Of a DNA stretch of 64,000 nucleotides, positions 41,142 through 50,875 are shown in pieces. The translations under genes were made by a program, and so were the position numbers. The first letter of the stretch is position 1. The number at the start of each line of letters is the position of its first letter. Location: assembly GCA_028865095.1 (NCBI GenBank), contig JAGWLA010000004.1:8428-72427 (forward strand), in the 5' to 3' direction. A model generated the notes under the pieces. That model was not told the origin of the DNA. It made no database searches and saw only the letters and a list, made by a program, of their open reading frames with translations. This DNA is from Patescibacteria group bacterium (GTDB lineage: Bacteria; Patescibacteriota; Minisyncoccia; Phycocordibacterales; PALSA-1337).

Positions 41142-42197
41142 CTAATGACGCCTGACGGCATACGCCCGGCAGAGCTCCTTCATGAGCCCGGGGCCTTTGT
41201 ATATGAGACCGGTGATCAGCTGGACGAGGTCGGCGCCGGCGTCGAACTTAGCCATGGCCGTTTCGGGAGACATCACGCCTCCGACGCCGAATATGGTGAA
41301 TCGCCGTCCGAAAGCCTGGCGGGTCTTCCGGATGAGGTCGGTGGACGGCCGCTCGCACGGCGCGCCCGACAAGCCGCCACAGTAGCCGACGGGCGCTTCC
41401 GACCGGTCGGCGAGCGACGCATAATCCTTGTTCAGATTGCCGATGACCGCGCCCTGGACGCGCGCTTTGTCCATGACGCCGAGCAGCCCGCGGAAATCCT
41501 CCCACGGCAGGTTGAGGGGCATCTTCACGTAGACCGGCTTGGCGCATGGGATGCGCTCGAGGGCGGCGAGCAAGCGGCGGAGCAGAGCGGGCGACGTGAA
41601 TGCCTCCCCGCCGAAGGAATTCGGGCACGATATGTTGATGGTGTAATAGTCGCCGACCCCTTCTTCGTTGAGCCGCCGGAATGAATAGGCGTAGTCGTCG
41701 ATGCCCGCCTCGACGGAGGACGATCGGGCGTCGTTCGTCCGGGCGATGGATATGCCGACGACGAAGCCGTCCTCTCTCGAGCGGGCGCCCCGCGCCTTCA
41801 AGCGCCGGATGACGGCGTCGACGCCGTCGTTGCGCAGGCCTTTGTTCACGAGGATGCTCTCGGAATGCGGCAAGCGGGCCAGCCGCGGCTTGGGGTTGCC
41901 AAGGCACGGACGGGCGGTCACCGAGCCGGCCTCTTCGCCCCCGAGGCCGATATGCGGCAATATGCCGGAAAGCCGGGCGTTATAGTCGAAGCCGGCCGAA
42001 AGGAGGAACGGCGTCCGGTAGCGGATGCCGTCGACCGCCGTGGAGATGTCGGGGCCGCGATAGCCGTACGCCGAGCCGACGAGGGCCGCCGGCAGGCCGT
42101 TCTCACCGAGGAATTCGCCGGCGCCGATGAAGAAGTCGTGGACGTCTTCGGGGTCGAAACGGAAGAGCGCGGGCTTCAGGACCGACTCATAAAGCAT
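41142..42197 (-). CDS. pyrD: Dihydroorotate dehydrogenase (quinone-type, class 2-like)
   Basis: FMN-binding TIM-barrel motifs (...NLSCPN..., ...GGL...), N-terminal membrane-association helix; ~351 aa. Confidence 0.8.
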   Translation of the reverse strand: MLYESVLKPALFRFDPEDVHDFFIGAGEFLGENGLPAALVGSAYGYRGPDISTAVDGIRYRTPFLLSAGFDYNARLSGILPHIGLGGEEAGSVTARPCLGNPKPRLARLPHSESILVNKGLRNDGVDAVIRRLKARGARSREDGFVVGISIARTNDARSSSVEAGIDDYAYSFRRLNEEGVGDYYTINISCPNSFGGEAFTSPALLRRLLAALERIPCAKPVYVKMPLNLPWEDFRGLLGVMDKARVQGAVIGNLNKDYASLADRSEAPVGYCGGLSGAPCERPSTDLIRKTRQAFGRRFTIFGVGGVMSPETAMAKFDAGADLVQLITGLIYKGPGLMKELCRAYAVRRH

Positions 42198-42264
42198 GCG
42201 TTCACTATACCACACATGTGCGCTATACTATGAAGAAGGAGCGAGCCAGCCTCGCGGACCCACT

Positions 42265-42870
42265 ATGGACCTTCCCCAGACAATCGCAGCCATCGCCGTG
42301 AACCATGACGTCCTCATCTATGCCCTTGTGGTCCTCATCGCCATCGTCGAAGGGCCGATCGTCTCCATCGCCGGAGGCGTCCTCTTGCGCCTCGACCTTC
42401 TTCCCTCGTTCTGGCCGCTCTACGTCGCCTTGATGGCCGGCGACCTGACGGGAGACATCCTCTGGTACTATATCGGCGCCAAAGCAGGCCAGCCTTTCAT
42501 CGCCCGATACGGGAGATTCTTCAACATCACCGAGACGGGCGTGAAGAAGCTCGAGGCCATATTCCATAGCCATAAGAACCTCATCCTCGTCGGCTCGAAG
42601 CTGACCACCGGCTTCGGCTTCGCTCCAGCGGTGCTCTTCACTGCCGGGCTGGTGCGGCTTCCCTTCCGGCGCTATCTCGTCCTCAACGTCCTCGGCCAAT
42701 TCGTCTGGACGGGCGGGCTGATCTTCATCGGCTACTTCTTCACCCATCTGTATTCCGTCTTCAACAACCTCTTCGCCCGCCTTTCTATCACCGCTGCCGT
42801 CGCCCTCATCGCCTTCGCGGTCTTCCGGGCGGCGAAATACGCCCGGGACACGATCATACGCCACAACTGA
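42265..42870 (+). CDS. DedA/SNARE-associated (VTT-domain) membrane protein
   Basis: Multi-TM protein with the DedA-like LRL...GxxxGD pattern; start at MDLPQTIAA. Confidence 0.7.
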   Translation: MDLPQTIAAIAVNHDVLIYALVVLIAIVEGPIVSIAGGVLLRLDLLPSFWPLYVALMAGDLTGDILWYYIGAKAGQPFIARYGRFFNITETGVKKLEAIFHSHKNLILVGSKLTTGFGFAPAVLFTAGLVRLPFRRYLVLNVLGQFVWTGGLIFIGYFFTHLYSVFNNLFARLSITAAVALIAFAVFRAAKYARDTIIRHN

Positions 42871-43571
42871 TGAAGATCTCCGTCGTCATACCTGCATACA
42901 ACGAGGAGCGGGCCATCGCCGCGTCGCTCACGGCCCTGATGGCCCAGGACCATCCCGATTTCGAGGTCATCCTCGTGGACAATGCCAGCACTGACCGGAC
43001 CGCGTCAGTCGCCGCGTCGATCCCGGGAGTCACGGTCGTCAGCGAAAGCCGGAAAGGCACCATGTGGGCGTGCGAGCGCGGCCGGAGCGCGGCGACCGGC
43101 GAGCTCGTCGTGCGCATGGACGCCGACTGCCTTCCCGACCCAAGATGGCTGGCCCGGGGCGCCGCTCATTTCTCCGATCCTTCGGTGGTGGCGGCGACCG
43201 GGCCGTACGACTATTACGACGCGTCTCCCGTCTTCAGGGCCGCGACCCTCATTTTCCAAAAGATATTCTACCGATGGTCGAACTGGGCCGCCCAGCGGGC
43301 GCGCAAAGGGGCCGTCATGATCGGCGGCAACAGCTTCATGCGCGCTTCTGCCCTGGCGGCGGCCGGCGGCTTCAATACGGACTATGTCTTCTACGGCGAC
43401 GACACCGACACTGCCAAGCGCATGGCCGGCCAGGGCTGGGTCGTCTTCGACCCACGCCTGGTCATCCGCAGCTCGGCGCGGCGCTTCAAAGCCCAAGGCG
43501 TGCTCGACTTGAGCCGGAAATACCTCGTCCACTTCATGAAGGTCATCTTCTCGAAGAAGCCCCTCCGCTGA
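42870..43571 (+). CDS. Family-2 glycosyltransferase
   Basis: MKISVVIPAYNEE...ILVDNASTD...DAD (GT2 DxD region); 233 aa. Confidence 0.8.
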   Translation: MKISVVIPAYNEERAIAASLTALMAQDHPDFEVILVDNASTDRTASVAASIPGVTVVSESRKGTMWACERGRSAATGELVVRMDADCLPDPRWLARGAAHFSDPSVVAATGPYDYYDASPVFRAATLIFQKIFYRWSNWAAQRARKGAVMIGGNSFMRASALAAAGGFNTDYVFYGDDTDTAKRMAGQGWVVFDPRLVIRSSARRFKAQGVLDLSRKYLVHFMKVIFSKKPLR

Positions 43572-43592
43572 TCGGGCGCAGCGGGCCGGGCG

Positions 43593-44030
43593 TCAGCGCC
43601 ACACGAACCACCATATCGCTACGGCGATGGCGAGGTTCAGGACGTATCCCGCCGGGATGACCTTATGGCCGGCGATGCGCACCCAGGAATAATAATCGGA
43701 GAACGGCGACCAGAGCTCGCGGAGCTTCACGACCGGGTTCACTGCATACCAGAGGAAATCCTCGACGATGAGGCCGGAGAAGAAAGCGCTGCTGATGATG
43801 CCGAGCACGCGGATGTCCCAGCCGTATATGGCGAGCGGCAGGGTCAGGAGGATGGGATACATCACTGCGAAAAGCCAGAAGTGATAGCGGGTCAGGCTGA
43901 ACCAGCCGACAGATATCCTCCAGCCGTGCTTGCCGTGGTAGCCGGCGCTCCGCCCTTCTGCGGAGGACTCCCATACCGCGTGGGCCGCCATGGCGCAGTA
44001 TATCCAGGCGAATATTGCGATCGGGCTCAT
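43593..44030 (-). CDS. Hypothetical integral membrane protein (~146 aa, four TM segments)
   Basis: Only the C-terminal 146 codons of the 448-aa track ORF are protein-like (MSPIAIFAWIYCAMAAHAVW...). The rest is antisense to marR and HlyD. Confidence 0.5.
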   Translation of the reverse strand: MSPIAIFAWIYCAMAAHAVWESSAEGRSAGYHGKHGWRISVGWFSLTRYHFWLFAVMYPILLTLPLAIYGWDIRVLGIISSAFFSGLIVEDFLWYAVNPVVKLRELWSPFSDYYSWVRIAGHKVIPAGYVLNLAIAVAIWWFVWR

Positions 44031-44090
44031 GGGCCAGAGTATAGCTCTTTTGCGCGCCCGTGGCCAATGCCGCTGCCAGGCCCGCGGCGC

Positions 44091-44119
44091 TTGACGCGGA
44101 TGCCAGAGAAGAGTATCAT
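44091..44119 (+). promoter_or_regulatory. Candidate sigma-70-type promoter of the marR-efflux operon (TTGACG-N17-TATCAT)
   Basis: TTGACG 44091-44096, 17-nt spacer, TATCAT 44114-44119, 33 nt before the marR ATG. Confidence 0.45.
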
Positions 44120-44135
44120 CCTTAACATTATTAAC

Positions 44136-44152
44136 TATTAATGATATTAATA
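44136..44152. promoter_or_regulatory. Palindrome TATTAAT-gat-ATTAATA overlapping the marR start codon (candidate MarR autoregulatory operator)
   Basis: Perfect 7-bp inverted repeat in an otherwise GC-rich genome; location matches typical MarR operators between -10 and the start codon. Confidence 0.35.
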
Positions 44153-44568
44153 TGTCAGAACATCCCGCGCCCGCTGACGGCATGACCGGCCTGCTCCTCG
44201 GCTTCCTCGATGCCCTCCGCAAGGACATCCAAGAGGCTTTGCCGGGGTCGTGCTCGTTCATGCACATCAAGGTGCTGGCGATCGTCGACCGCATGAAAGA
44301 GCCTTCCATGAGCCAAGTGGCAGAAGAGCTCAAGATCACTTCCCCGGGCGCTACCATGATCGCCGATAAGCTCGTGGAGAGCGGAGAGCTCGAGCGCCTG
44401 AACGACCCGGCCGATCGGCGCGTCGTCAGGCTGAAGATCGCGGCGGCGGGCCGGCAGACGCTGCAGCGCGGGATCGGCCTCATCCGGACGAGCGTCGAAG
44501 CAAAGATGGCCCTCCTTACCAAAGCCGAGCAAGAGAAGCTCGCATCACTTCTGAAGAAACTCATATGA
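44152..44568 (+). CDS. marR: MarR-family transcriptional regulator
   Basis: Winged-helix MarR pattern (...SMSQVAEELKITSPGATMIADKLVESGELERLNDPADRRVV...); 138 aa; 4-nt overlap with the next gene. Confidence 0.85.
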   Translation: MSEHPAPADGMTGLLLGFLDALRKDIQEALPGSCSFMHIKVLAIVDRMKEPSMSQVAEELKITSPGATMIADKLVESGELERLNDPADRRVVRLKIAAAGRQTLQRGIGLIRTSVEAKMALLTKAEQEKLASLLKKLI

Positions 44569-46154
44569 ATACCAACATGAAAAGCGCCGCGCGCGCGAAG
44601 CGGTCGGGCACGATGCCGTCGATCTGGGTCAAAGCCGCCGCGGGGGCGGCGCTGTTCGGCGCCGTCGTCTGGGGGCTGATCGCTCTCTTGTCGCGGCATC
44701 CCCAGTCGTACGCCACTGCAGCCGCTTCGAAGCGCGACCTCGTGGAGACGGTGTCGGCGGACGGCATCGTCAAAGCCGACCAGAGCGTAGCCCTCGCGTT
44801 CAGCGAGCAAGGCTTGGTAGCAGCCGTGGACGTGCAGGTCGGCGACGCCGTCAAGAAAGGCGCCATCCTCGCTTCGCTCGATACGGGAGCGCTCCAGGCG
44901 GGCCTGGCGGGCGCCCAGGCGGACGTCCTGGCCGCTCAAGCGAGCCTCGCCCAGGCCCAGAAAGGCACCCGCGCCGAGGAGCTCGCCATCTATAGCCAGA
45001 AATACGCCGACGCCTCGTCCGCGTTCATCACCGCCATGAAGAACGCTTACCTGGTGACGGAAGACGCCATTTTGAACAAGTCGGATTCGGTCTTCAGCAA
45101 TGGGAGCACCGCTAATCCGACCATATCCATCAGGACCCAGAGCGCCATCCTGCAGCTCTCCATAAACAACCAGCGCGTGGCGGTCGGGGACGCGCTCGAT
45201 TCATGGAAAGCGGCCATCGATGCCATCAGCCCCGACTCGACCTCGACCCAGGCCATCGATGCGGCGCGGACGGCCGTCGACAGGAGCCTTTCGACGGTCA
45301 AATCGTTCATTGATTCGCTGGGCTCCATCGCTAACGACCTGTCGGTAGGCAATTCCGGCCTGACGCAGGCGGCGATCGATGCCGATGTGGCGGCGGTGAA
45401 CGGCGCCGCCCAAGCGATCACCGGGGCCGAGACCTCGGAGCAATCGGCTGAAGCCGCATGGGGCTCCGCCAGGGACACGTTGATCCTCGAGCAGGCCGGT
45501 TCTACGCCGGAAGCCATCCAGGCCGACCAGGCCGCGGTCGCGAAAGCCCAAGCCGCCGTCCAGAGCGCTCAAAGCCAGATCGCCCACGCATACATCACCG
45601 CCCCCTTCGACGGCGTCGTCACCGCGGCGGACCTCAAGGTCGGCGAAGTGTACGTTCCCGGCGTCTCGGCCGGGGAGGACATCGGCCTCATGACCGCCGG
45701 CGCGCTCAAAGCGGAAGCGTATGTCCCTGAGACCGACATCGGCAAGATAGCGGTCGGGGACGCGGTCTCGGTCACGTTCGACTCCTACGGCCCTAGCCAG
45801 GAATTCCCCGCGACGGTCTCCTTGATAGACCCTGCCGCGACCCAGGAGAACGGTGCGAACGCCTACAAAGTGACGGCCGTCTTCCAAGGGGCAGACCCGC
45901 GGATCCTTCCGGGCATGTCGGCTACCCTGTCTATCGAGGCGGCGTCGTCTTCGGGCGCCCTCGCGGTGCCCACCAGCGCCCTCATCGCCCGAGGCTCGTC
46001 GGTTTTCGTCCTGGTCAAGCAGCCGTCCGGCGCGTTCGTCCAGACGCAGGTGCGGACCGGCATATCGACCGCCGACGGCTATACCGAGATCCTTTCGGGC
46101 CTTAGCGAAGGCGACGTCGTCGCCAGCTTCGGCTCGTCCTATCAGCTCGATTAA
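44565..46154 (+). CDS. HlyD-family periplasmic adaptor (membrane fusion) protein, long form
   Basis: N-terminal TM anchor, biotinyl/lipoyl-like hairpin, long Ala/Gln-rich coiled-coil, beta-barrel C-terminus; 529 aa. Confidence 0.7.
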   Translation: MNTNMKSAARAKRSGTMPSIWVKAAAGAALFGAVVWGLIALLSRHPQSYATAAASKRDLVETVSADGIVKADQSVALAFSEQGLVAAVDVQVGDAVKKGAILASLDTGALQAGLAGAQADVLAAQASLAQAQKGTRAEELAIYSQKYADASSAFITAMKNAYLVTEDAILNKSDSVFSNGSTANPTISIRTQSAILQLSINNQRVAVGDALDSWKAAIDAISPDSTSTQAIDAARTAVDRSLSTVKSFIDSLGSIANDLSVGNSGLTQAAIDADVAAVNGAAQAITGAETSEQSAEAAWGSARDTLILEQAGSTPEAIQADQAAVAKAQAAVQSAQSQIAHAYITAPFDGVVTAADLKVGEVYVPGVSAGEDIGLMTAGALKAEAYVPETDIGKIAVGDAVSVTFDSYGPSQEFPATVSLIDPAATQENGANAYKVTAVFQGADPRILPGMSATLSIEAASSSGALAVPTSALIARGSSVFVLVKQPSGAFVQTQVRTGISTADGYTEILSGLSEGDVVASFGSSYQLD

Positions 46155-46164
46155 TCTACATCTT

Positions 46165-46851
46165 ATGGCACACAACGATACCCAAGCCGACGGCAACCAG
46201 CATGAAGCTCCGCAAGCGCCCGAAAGCGCCATGAAGCGGCTGACGCGCAACCCGGTCGTCACTTCCCTGCTCGTGGGCGTCCTGGTGTTCGGCGCCGGGG
46301 CAGGCATCGTCTATTGGGCCGTCTCGTCGCAGACGGTCTACACCGACAAGTCTGTCATCGAGGCGCCGATCGTCGAATTCGCCCCAGCCCAAGCCGGAAG
46401 GCTGAACCAGGTCTTCGTGAACGTCGGCGACGTCGTGCCGGCGGGCACAGTGGTCGCCCAGGTCGGCGACCAGCTCCTCAAGACCAAGACGCCGAGCCAG
46501 ATAGTCGATACCGACACGGCCATCGGCTCGCCCGTAGCCCCGGGCACGGCGGTCGTCAAAGCCGTCGACCCCGCCGAGCTCCGCGTCACGGCGAGCATCG
46601 ACGAGGACAAGGGCCTGGCGGACGTCAAAGTCGGCGACCAGGCCGTGTTCACGGTGGACGCGTTCGGCTCGAAGAAATTCCAGGGCATAGTCGACGAGAT
46701 CAGCCCGACCGCGCGCCAAGGGGACATCGTTTTCAACATCTCCGACAAGCGCCAGATCAACCAGTTCGACGTGAAGATCCGCTTCGACGTCTCGGCGTAT
46801 CCCGAGCTCAAGAACGGCATGTCCGCCCGGGTCTGGATATACAAGCAATAG
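46165..46851 (+). CDS. HlyD/EmrA-like membrane fusion protein, short form
   Basis: TM anchor plus lipoyl-like and beta-barrel segments (VKIRFDVSAYPELKNGMSARVWI); 228 aa; immediately precedes the MFS pump. Confidence 0.65.
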   Translation: MAHNDTQADGNQHEAPQAPESAMKRLTRNPVVTSLLVGVLVFGAGAGIVYWAVSSQTVYTDKSVIEAPIVEFAPAQAGRLNQVFVNVGDVVPAGTVVAQVGDQLLKTKTPSQIVDTDTAIGSPVAPGTAVVKAVDPAELRVTASIDEDKGLADVKVGDQAVFTVDAFGSKKFQGIVDEISPTARQGDIVFNISDKRQINQFDVKIRFDVSAYPELKNGMSARVWIYKQ

Positions 46852-48333
46852 ATGAAAGGATCTTCCCTGAAATGGTTCGTCCTGGCCACGGTCATCGTCG
46901 GCACGTTCCTCGGCAGGCTCGATCAGACGATCGTGGGCTTGGCCCTGCCGAAGATGATCGACGATTTCGGCATCAGCGTCTCTTCTGCGGGGTGGATCGC
47001 CACCGCGTATATCATCGCTAACGCCGTCTTCGTGCCGATCTGGGGCAAGCTCGGCGATACCATCGGCAGGAAGAAGGTCTATGTCTTCGGCTTCGCCATA
47101 TTCATCGTCGGGTCGATACTGGCCGCTCTCTCGTGGAACCTCTCCTCGATGCTCGTCTTCAGGGTGATCCAGGCGATCGCCAGCTCGGCCGACTACCCCA
47201 CCGCCATGGCCATCTTGGCGGTGACCTTCACGGATCTCAAGTCGCGCGCCCAGGCCCTCGGCATCTGGTCGTCGTCGTTCGCGGCGGCGTCTGTCTTCGG
47301 CCCGCTCATCGGCGGCCCGCTCATCGATAACCTCGGCTGGAGGTCGATCTTCTGGGTCAATCTGCCGATCGGCTTGATCGGCATCGCCATGGCGCTCGCG
47401 TTCATCAACGAGTCGGTCTCCGAGAAGAAGACCTTCAACTTCGACTGGTGGGGAGCGGCCGCGCTCGGCGGGGCGCTGGCGGCGCTGGTCATGGTGCTGG
47501 ACAAAGGCCTCGATTGGGGCTGGCTCTCCTCCGGCAGCATCGTCTCGTATGCGGCGATCATCGCCTGCTCCCTGGCGTTCTATTTCATCGAGACCAGGCA
47601 TCCGGAGCCCATCGTCGACTTCAAATTCTTCAAGAACAGCGTCTTCAACAACACGCTCGCCAATAATTTCGTCATATTCGTCGGCTTGATGGGCAGCATA
47701 TTCCTGATCCCGATATTCGCCCAGACCTTCCTGGGGCTCGACGCCACCGAGTCCGGCTATCTCTTCATCCCGATGGCGTTCTGCCTCGTCATCGCCGCCC
47801 CGATCGGCGCGCGCTTCGTGGGCCGCATCGAGCCGCGCTACGTCCTGATCGGCAGCACCCTTCTGGCGGGCTTGTCGCTGTTCTTCTTCACCTGGCTCGA
47901 CCCCCGCTCGACCGCGTGGGACATCATATGGCCGCTCGGCATCATGGCCTTCAGCATGGGGCTCGGCATGCCGCAACGGACCAGCATCATCGCCAACGTC
48001 GTCCCGCAGCAGGAGATCGGCGTCGCTTCGTCGATCCTGGCGCTAGTCAGGAACATAGCCGGAGCGTTCGGCATCGCCGTCTTCAGCACCATGCTGCAGG
48101 ATTCCACATACAGCAAGATCGTCGCCATATCCCAGAACAGCGCGATCAACAGCCTGGCGCCCGCCGACATGGCCAAGGCCGTCCAGCTGATGTCGCTCAA
48201 GGCGCAGATCTCGGCCTATGGCGACGTCTTCTTCGCGGCGGCGGTCGTCGTCGCGGTCGGGTCGATCGGCGCCTGGTGGATCAAGATCAGGCGGGACCAG
48301 GCGCACCAGACGGCGGAAGTGTTCGTCGAATGA
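46852..48333 (+). CDS. emrB: MFS transporter, DHA2/EmrB-like 14-TM drug efflux pump
   Basis: MFS signature G(R/K)LxDxxGR(K/R) as LGDTIGRKKV; 493 aa with ~14 hydrophobic segments. Confidence 0.85.
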   Translation: MKGSSLKWFVLATVIVGTFLGRLDQTIVGLALPKMIDDFGISVSSAGWIATAYIIANAVFVPIWGKLGDTIGRKKVYVFGFAIFIVGSILAALSWNLSSMLVFRVIQAIASSADYPTAMAILAVTFTDLKSRAQALGIWSSSFAAASVFGPLIGGPLIDNLGWRSIFWVNLPIGLIGIAMALAFINESVSEKKTFNFDWWGAAALGGALAALVMVLDKGLDWGWLSSGSIVSYAAIIACSLAFYFIETRHPEPIVDFKFFKNSVFNNTLANNFVIFVGLMGSIFLIPIFAQTFLGLDATESGYLFIPMAFCLVIAAPIGARFVGRIEPRYVLIGSTLLAGLSLFFFTWLDPRSTAWDIIWPLGIMAFSMGLGMPQRTSIIANVVPQQEIGVASSILALVRNIAGAFGIAVFSTMLQDSTYSKIVAISQNSAINSLAPADMAKAVQLMSLKAQISAYGDVFFAAAVVVAVGSIGAWWIKIRRDQAHQTAEVFVE

Positions 48334-48338
48334 ATGCC

Positions 48339-48375
48339 AGAAGCCCCCGGGCATCCCGGGGGCTTCTCTTTCCAA
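48339..48375. terminator. 13-bp GC-rich hairpin (AGAAGCCCCCGGG-cat-CCCGGGGGCTTCT) after the efflux operon; weak T-tract
   Basis: Perfect inverted repeat seen in sequence between convergent genes; downstream TCTCTTTCC. Confidence 0.45.
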
Positions 48376-48394
48376 AAGCGGGCAAGGCCGGCGC

Positions 48395-49264
48395 TTAGCG
48401 GGCGCTGGTCGAAGCGTTCGCGGCCGCCGATGCCGAGGCGCTCGGCGCCAAAGCCTTGACGATGGCTCGGGCGTCGGCGCGCGCGGCTTGCAGGTCTTTC
48501 GCCGCGGCCTGGATCTTGGCGCGGGCATCTTTGAGGGCGGCGGTATTGGAGCTCATGACCGCCTGGTCGCCGTTGTCCGGCTTGAGGCTGACGACTTCGG
48601 AGGTCGCCGCTTGAGCCTGGGCGTTCGCGTCAGCGATCTTGGAGTTCATGTCCGAGAGGCTGGCTTGGGCTGAAGCCGAGGCGCTCGCCGATGAAGCGAG
48701 GCGGGTTTGCAGCTTGCCCGATATCGTCTGCAGCATGCTGGCGATGGTCTCTACCCGATCTGCCGCGGCCAGGATCGATGCCTGCGGGTCGATGAGCATA
48801 TATATGCGGTAATCAGGGGCGATGGCCTTGAGGTCTGCTCTGAGGCTCGTCGTCGAGCTGTCTGCCTGGATCTGGGCTTGAAGGGTCGTCATTGCCGATA
48901 TCTGGCTCTGGATCGTCGCTGCGAGCGAGGCTTTGTCCGTAGCGGATATGTTCCTCATGGCCTGGATGCGGGCTTCAAGCCTGTTCAAGTTGGCGATGCG
49001 GGCCGTGACAGCCGCATCGCCGCGGTTCTGGCCGCGCTGGATCATGTTCTGCTGGCGCTCGGCGGGCGTCGTCGAAGACATCCGGGCGCGCATGGGCAGC
49101 GTGCCCGAAGCCTGTGCTTCGAGGCCTACGCGCGCGCCGCCGAAGCCGGGCCCGGCATTGACGGACGCTCCGACGCCGGCGCTCACCTGGGCGAACGCCG
49201 GCATGGCGACGAGCATCCCCGCCGTTGCGGCCATCGCTATCTTTGAGAGTGTGGATTTATTCAT
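48395..49264 (-). CDS. Secreted Ala/Ser/Gln-rich coiled-coil protein (hypothetical)
   Basis: Start at MNKSTLSKIAMAATAGMLVAMPAFAQV (signal-peptide-like); the track N-terminal extension is Arg/His-rich and implausible. Confidence 0.5.
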   Translation of the reverse strand: MNKSTLSKIAMAATAGMLVAMPAFAQVSAGVGASVNAGPGFGGARVGLEAQASGTLPMRARMSSTTPAERQQNMIQRGQNRGDAAVTARIANLNRLEARIQAMRNISATDKASLAATIQSQISAMTTLQAQIQADSSTTSLRADLKAIAPDYRIYMLIDPQASILAAADRVETIASMLQTISGKLQTRLASSASASASAQASLSDMNSKIADANAQAQAATSEVVSLKPDNGDQAVMSSNTAALKDARAKIQAAAKDLQAARADARAIVKALAPSASASAAANASTSAR

Positions 49265-49293
49265 GAGTTTGTTCCTTTCGGCTGATAAGCGGG

Positions 49294-49578
49294 TCATTGG
49301 GCCTGCGGCGAGCTCAAGGCCTGGTCGACGTTCGACGAGTCCGTAGTGAGCCCGTTCATCTGAGCGTCGACGGCGTTCAGGTCTTGATCGATGCCGGCGT
49401 TCGACGAATCGGTCGAGGCGCTCATCGAAGGCGCCGGTGCGGCGCTTCCGGAAGCCGTGCCGGTTCCCGGAGCGGGCGCCATGGGCGCGGCGGCTGATCC
49501 GGCATACCAGAGCCAGCCCACGATCGCGATGATGGCGACGATGATGATCGTCAGCCATGCTTTTGCTGTAGTGGTCAT
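49294..49578 (-). CDS. Small membrane-anchored protein (94 aa) upstream of the secreted coiled-coil gene
   Basis: MTTTAKAWLTIIIVAIIAIVGWLWY TM segment followed by a low-complexity tail. Confidence 0.4.
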   Translation of the reverse strand: MTTTAKAWLTIIIVAIIAIVGWLWYAGSAAAPMAPAPGTGTASGSAAPAPSMSASTDSSNAGIDQDLNAVDAQMNGLTTDSSNVDQALSSPQAQ

Positions 49579-49724
49579 GATGTTGGAATAGCTGCTATTC
49601 CTGGATATTACTATGATAAAAGGCTGTTCCGGCTTCCCTAGCGGGCTCGGCCGGCTAGGACAGTATACCGCGCCACGAGGCTCCGTGGTGCGCCTGCTCT
49701 CCGCCTCTGTGATAGAATGCCGCC

Positions 49725-50597
49725 ATGATCACATATTTCCAAGCCATCGCGCTCGGCGCCCTCCAAGGCGTCACGGAGCTCTTCCCTATATCCAGCCTCG
49801 GCCATAGCGTGCTCCTGCCGCCGCTTCTGGGGTGGCGCATCGATCAGGGGGCGGATTATTTCCTCGTATTCCTGGTGGCCACCCATATCGCCACGTCCCT
49901 CGTCCTGCTCGCCTTCTATTGGAGAGAGTGGGCCTCGATCGTGAAGGGCATATTCCGCTCGCTGGCGCGGAGGTACATCGACCCGGCAGACACGCATGCC
50001 AAGCTCGGCTGGCTGATCGTAGTCGCCACCGTCCCCGCCGGGGCGCTCGGCATCCTCTTCGAGAAGAGCTTCCAATCGCTCTTCGCGTCTCCCCGATATG
50101 TCGCCGTCTTCCTCTTGCTGAACGGCCTGGTGCTGTTCGGCGCCGAAGCCGCCCGCAAGCGCCGCGCTCTGCAGACGGATGCGCCGAGCCGCGCGGCCGC
50201 CGATGACGCCGCCATCGCCCGCCTCACCTGGAGCCAGGCGGTCAAAGTCGGCTTCGCCCAGTCGATGGCTCTGCTCCCCGGGTTCTCGAGGACAGGAACG
50301 ACCATGATGGGCGGCTTGCTCACCGGCCTCGACCATGCTGACGCGGCCCGATTCGCCTTCCTGCTGGCGACGCCCGTCATATTCGCGGCAGGCGTCCTGA
50401 AGCTGCCCGAGCTGCTCGTGCCCGGCCAGCATTATCCGATCGGCCCTATCGCCGCCGGAGCGGCCGCAGCCGCGATCGGCGCCTATGCGTCAGTGCGATT
50501 CCTGGTGAGGTATTTCAGGGCCCGCACTCTCGTCCCGTTCGCTGTCTATTGCGTGATCGTCGGAGCGCTGTCGTCGCTCGCCTTCTTCGGGCGCTGA
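49725..50597 (+). CDS. uppP: Undecaprenyl-diphosphatase UppP/BacA
   Basis: ALQGVTELFPISSLGHSVL and ...SRTGTTMMGGLLTGL UppP motifs; 290 aa. Confidence 0.9.
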   Translation: MITYFQAIALGALQGVTELFPISSLGHSVLLPPLLGWRIDQGADYFLVFLVATHIATSLVLLAFYWREWASIVKGIFRSLARRYIDPADTHAKLGWLIVVATVPAGALGILFEKSFQSLFASPRYVAVFLLLNGLVLFGAEAARKRRALQTDAPSRAAADDAAIARLTWSQAVKVGFAQSMALLPGFSRTGTTMMGGLLTGLDHADAARFAFLLATPVIFAAGVLKLPELLVPGQHYPIGPIAAGAAAAAIGAYASVRFLVRYFRARTLVPFAVYCVIVGALSSLAFFGR

Positions 50598-50824
50598 CCT
50601 CCCGATCTGAACCAGGCGTATGCGAGGACGCCGAGGCCGGCGATGAGGGCGGCGGCGCCGTGCTTGAGATGGACATGGCTCGACCCGCTCTCGAAGCCGG
50701 GCATGAATGAAGGGAGCGACCCTGCAGGGGTGACCCAATAATAGATCGCCAGAATGACGAAGATGACGCCGACGACGGCGACGATGACGGCGCTCGCGCG
50801 GGAGCTGTGTGTTTGTGTATTCAT
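50546..50824 (-). CDS. Hypothetical small membrane protein (92 aa); 3' end overlaps the convergent uppP by ~50 nt
   Basis: Two hydrophobic segments; the coding status is uncertain because of the overlap. Confidence 0.3.
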   Translation of the reverse strand: MNTQTHSSRASAVIVAVVGVIFVILAIYYWVTPAGSLPSFMPGFESGSSHVHLKHGAAALIAGLGVLAYAWFRSGGQRPKKASDDSAPTITQ

Positions 50825-50875
50825 ATGGGTGACATTATAAGCGACGGGAAGCTCGCTGGCTAGCCGCCGGGGCCT

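Noticed and set aside
43593-44939. 448-aa minus-strand ORF
   Set aside because: Only the last ~146 codons (from 44030) are protein-like (a membrane protein). The upstream part is antisense to marR and HlyD and has no start-proximal signals.
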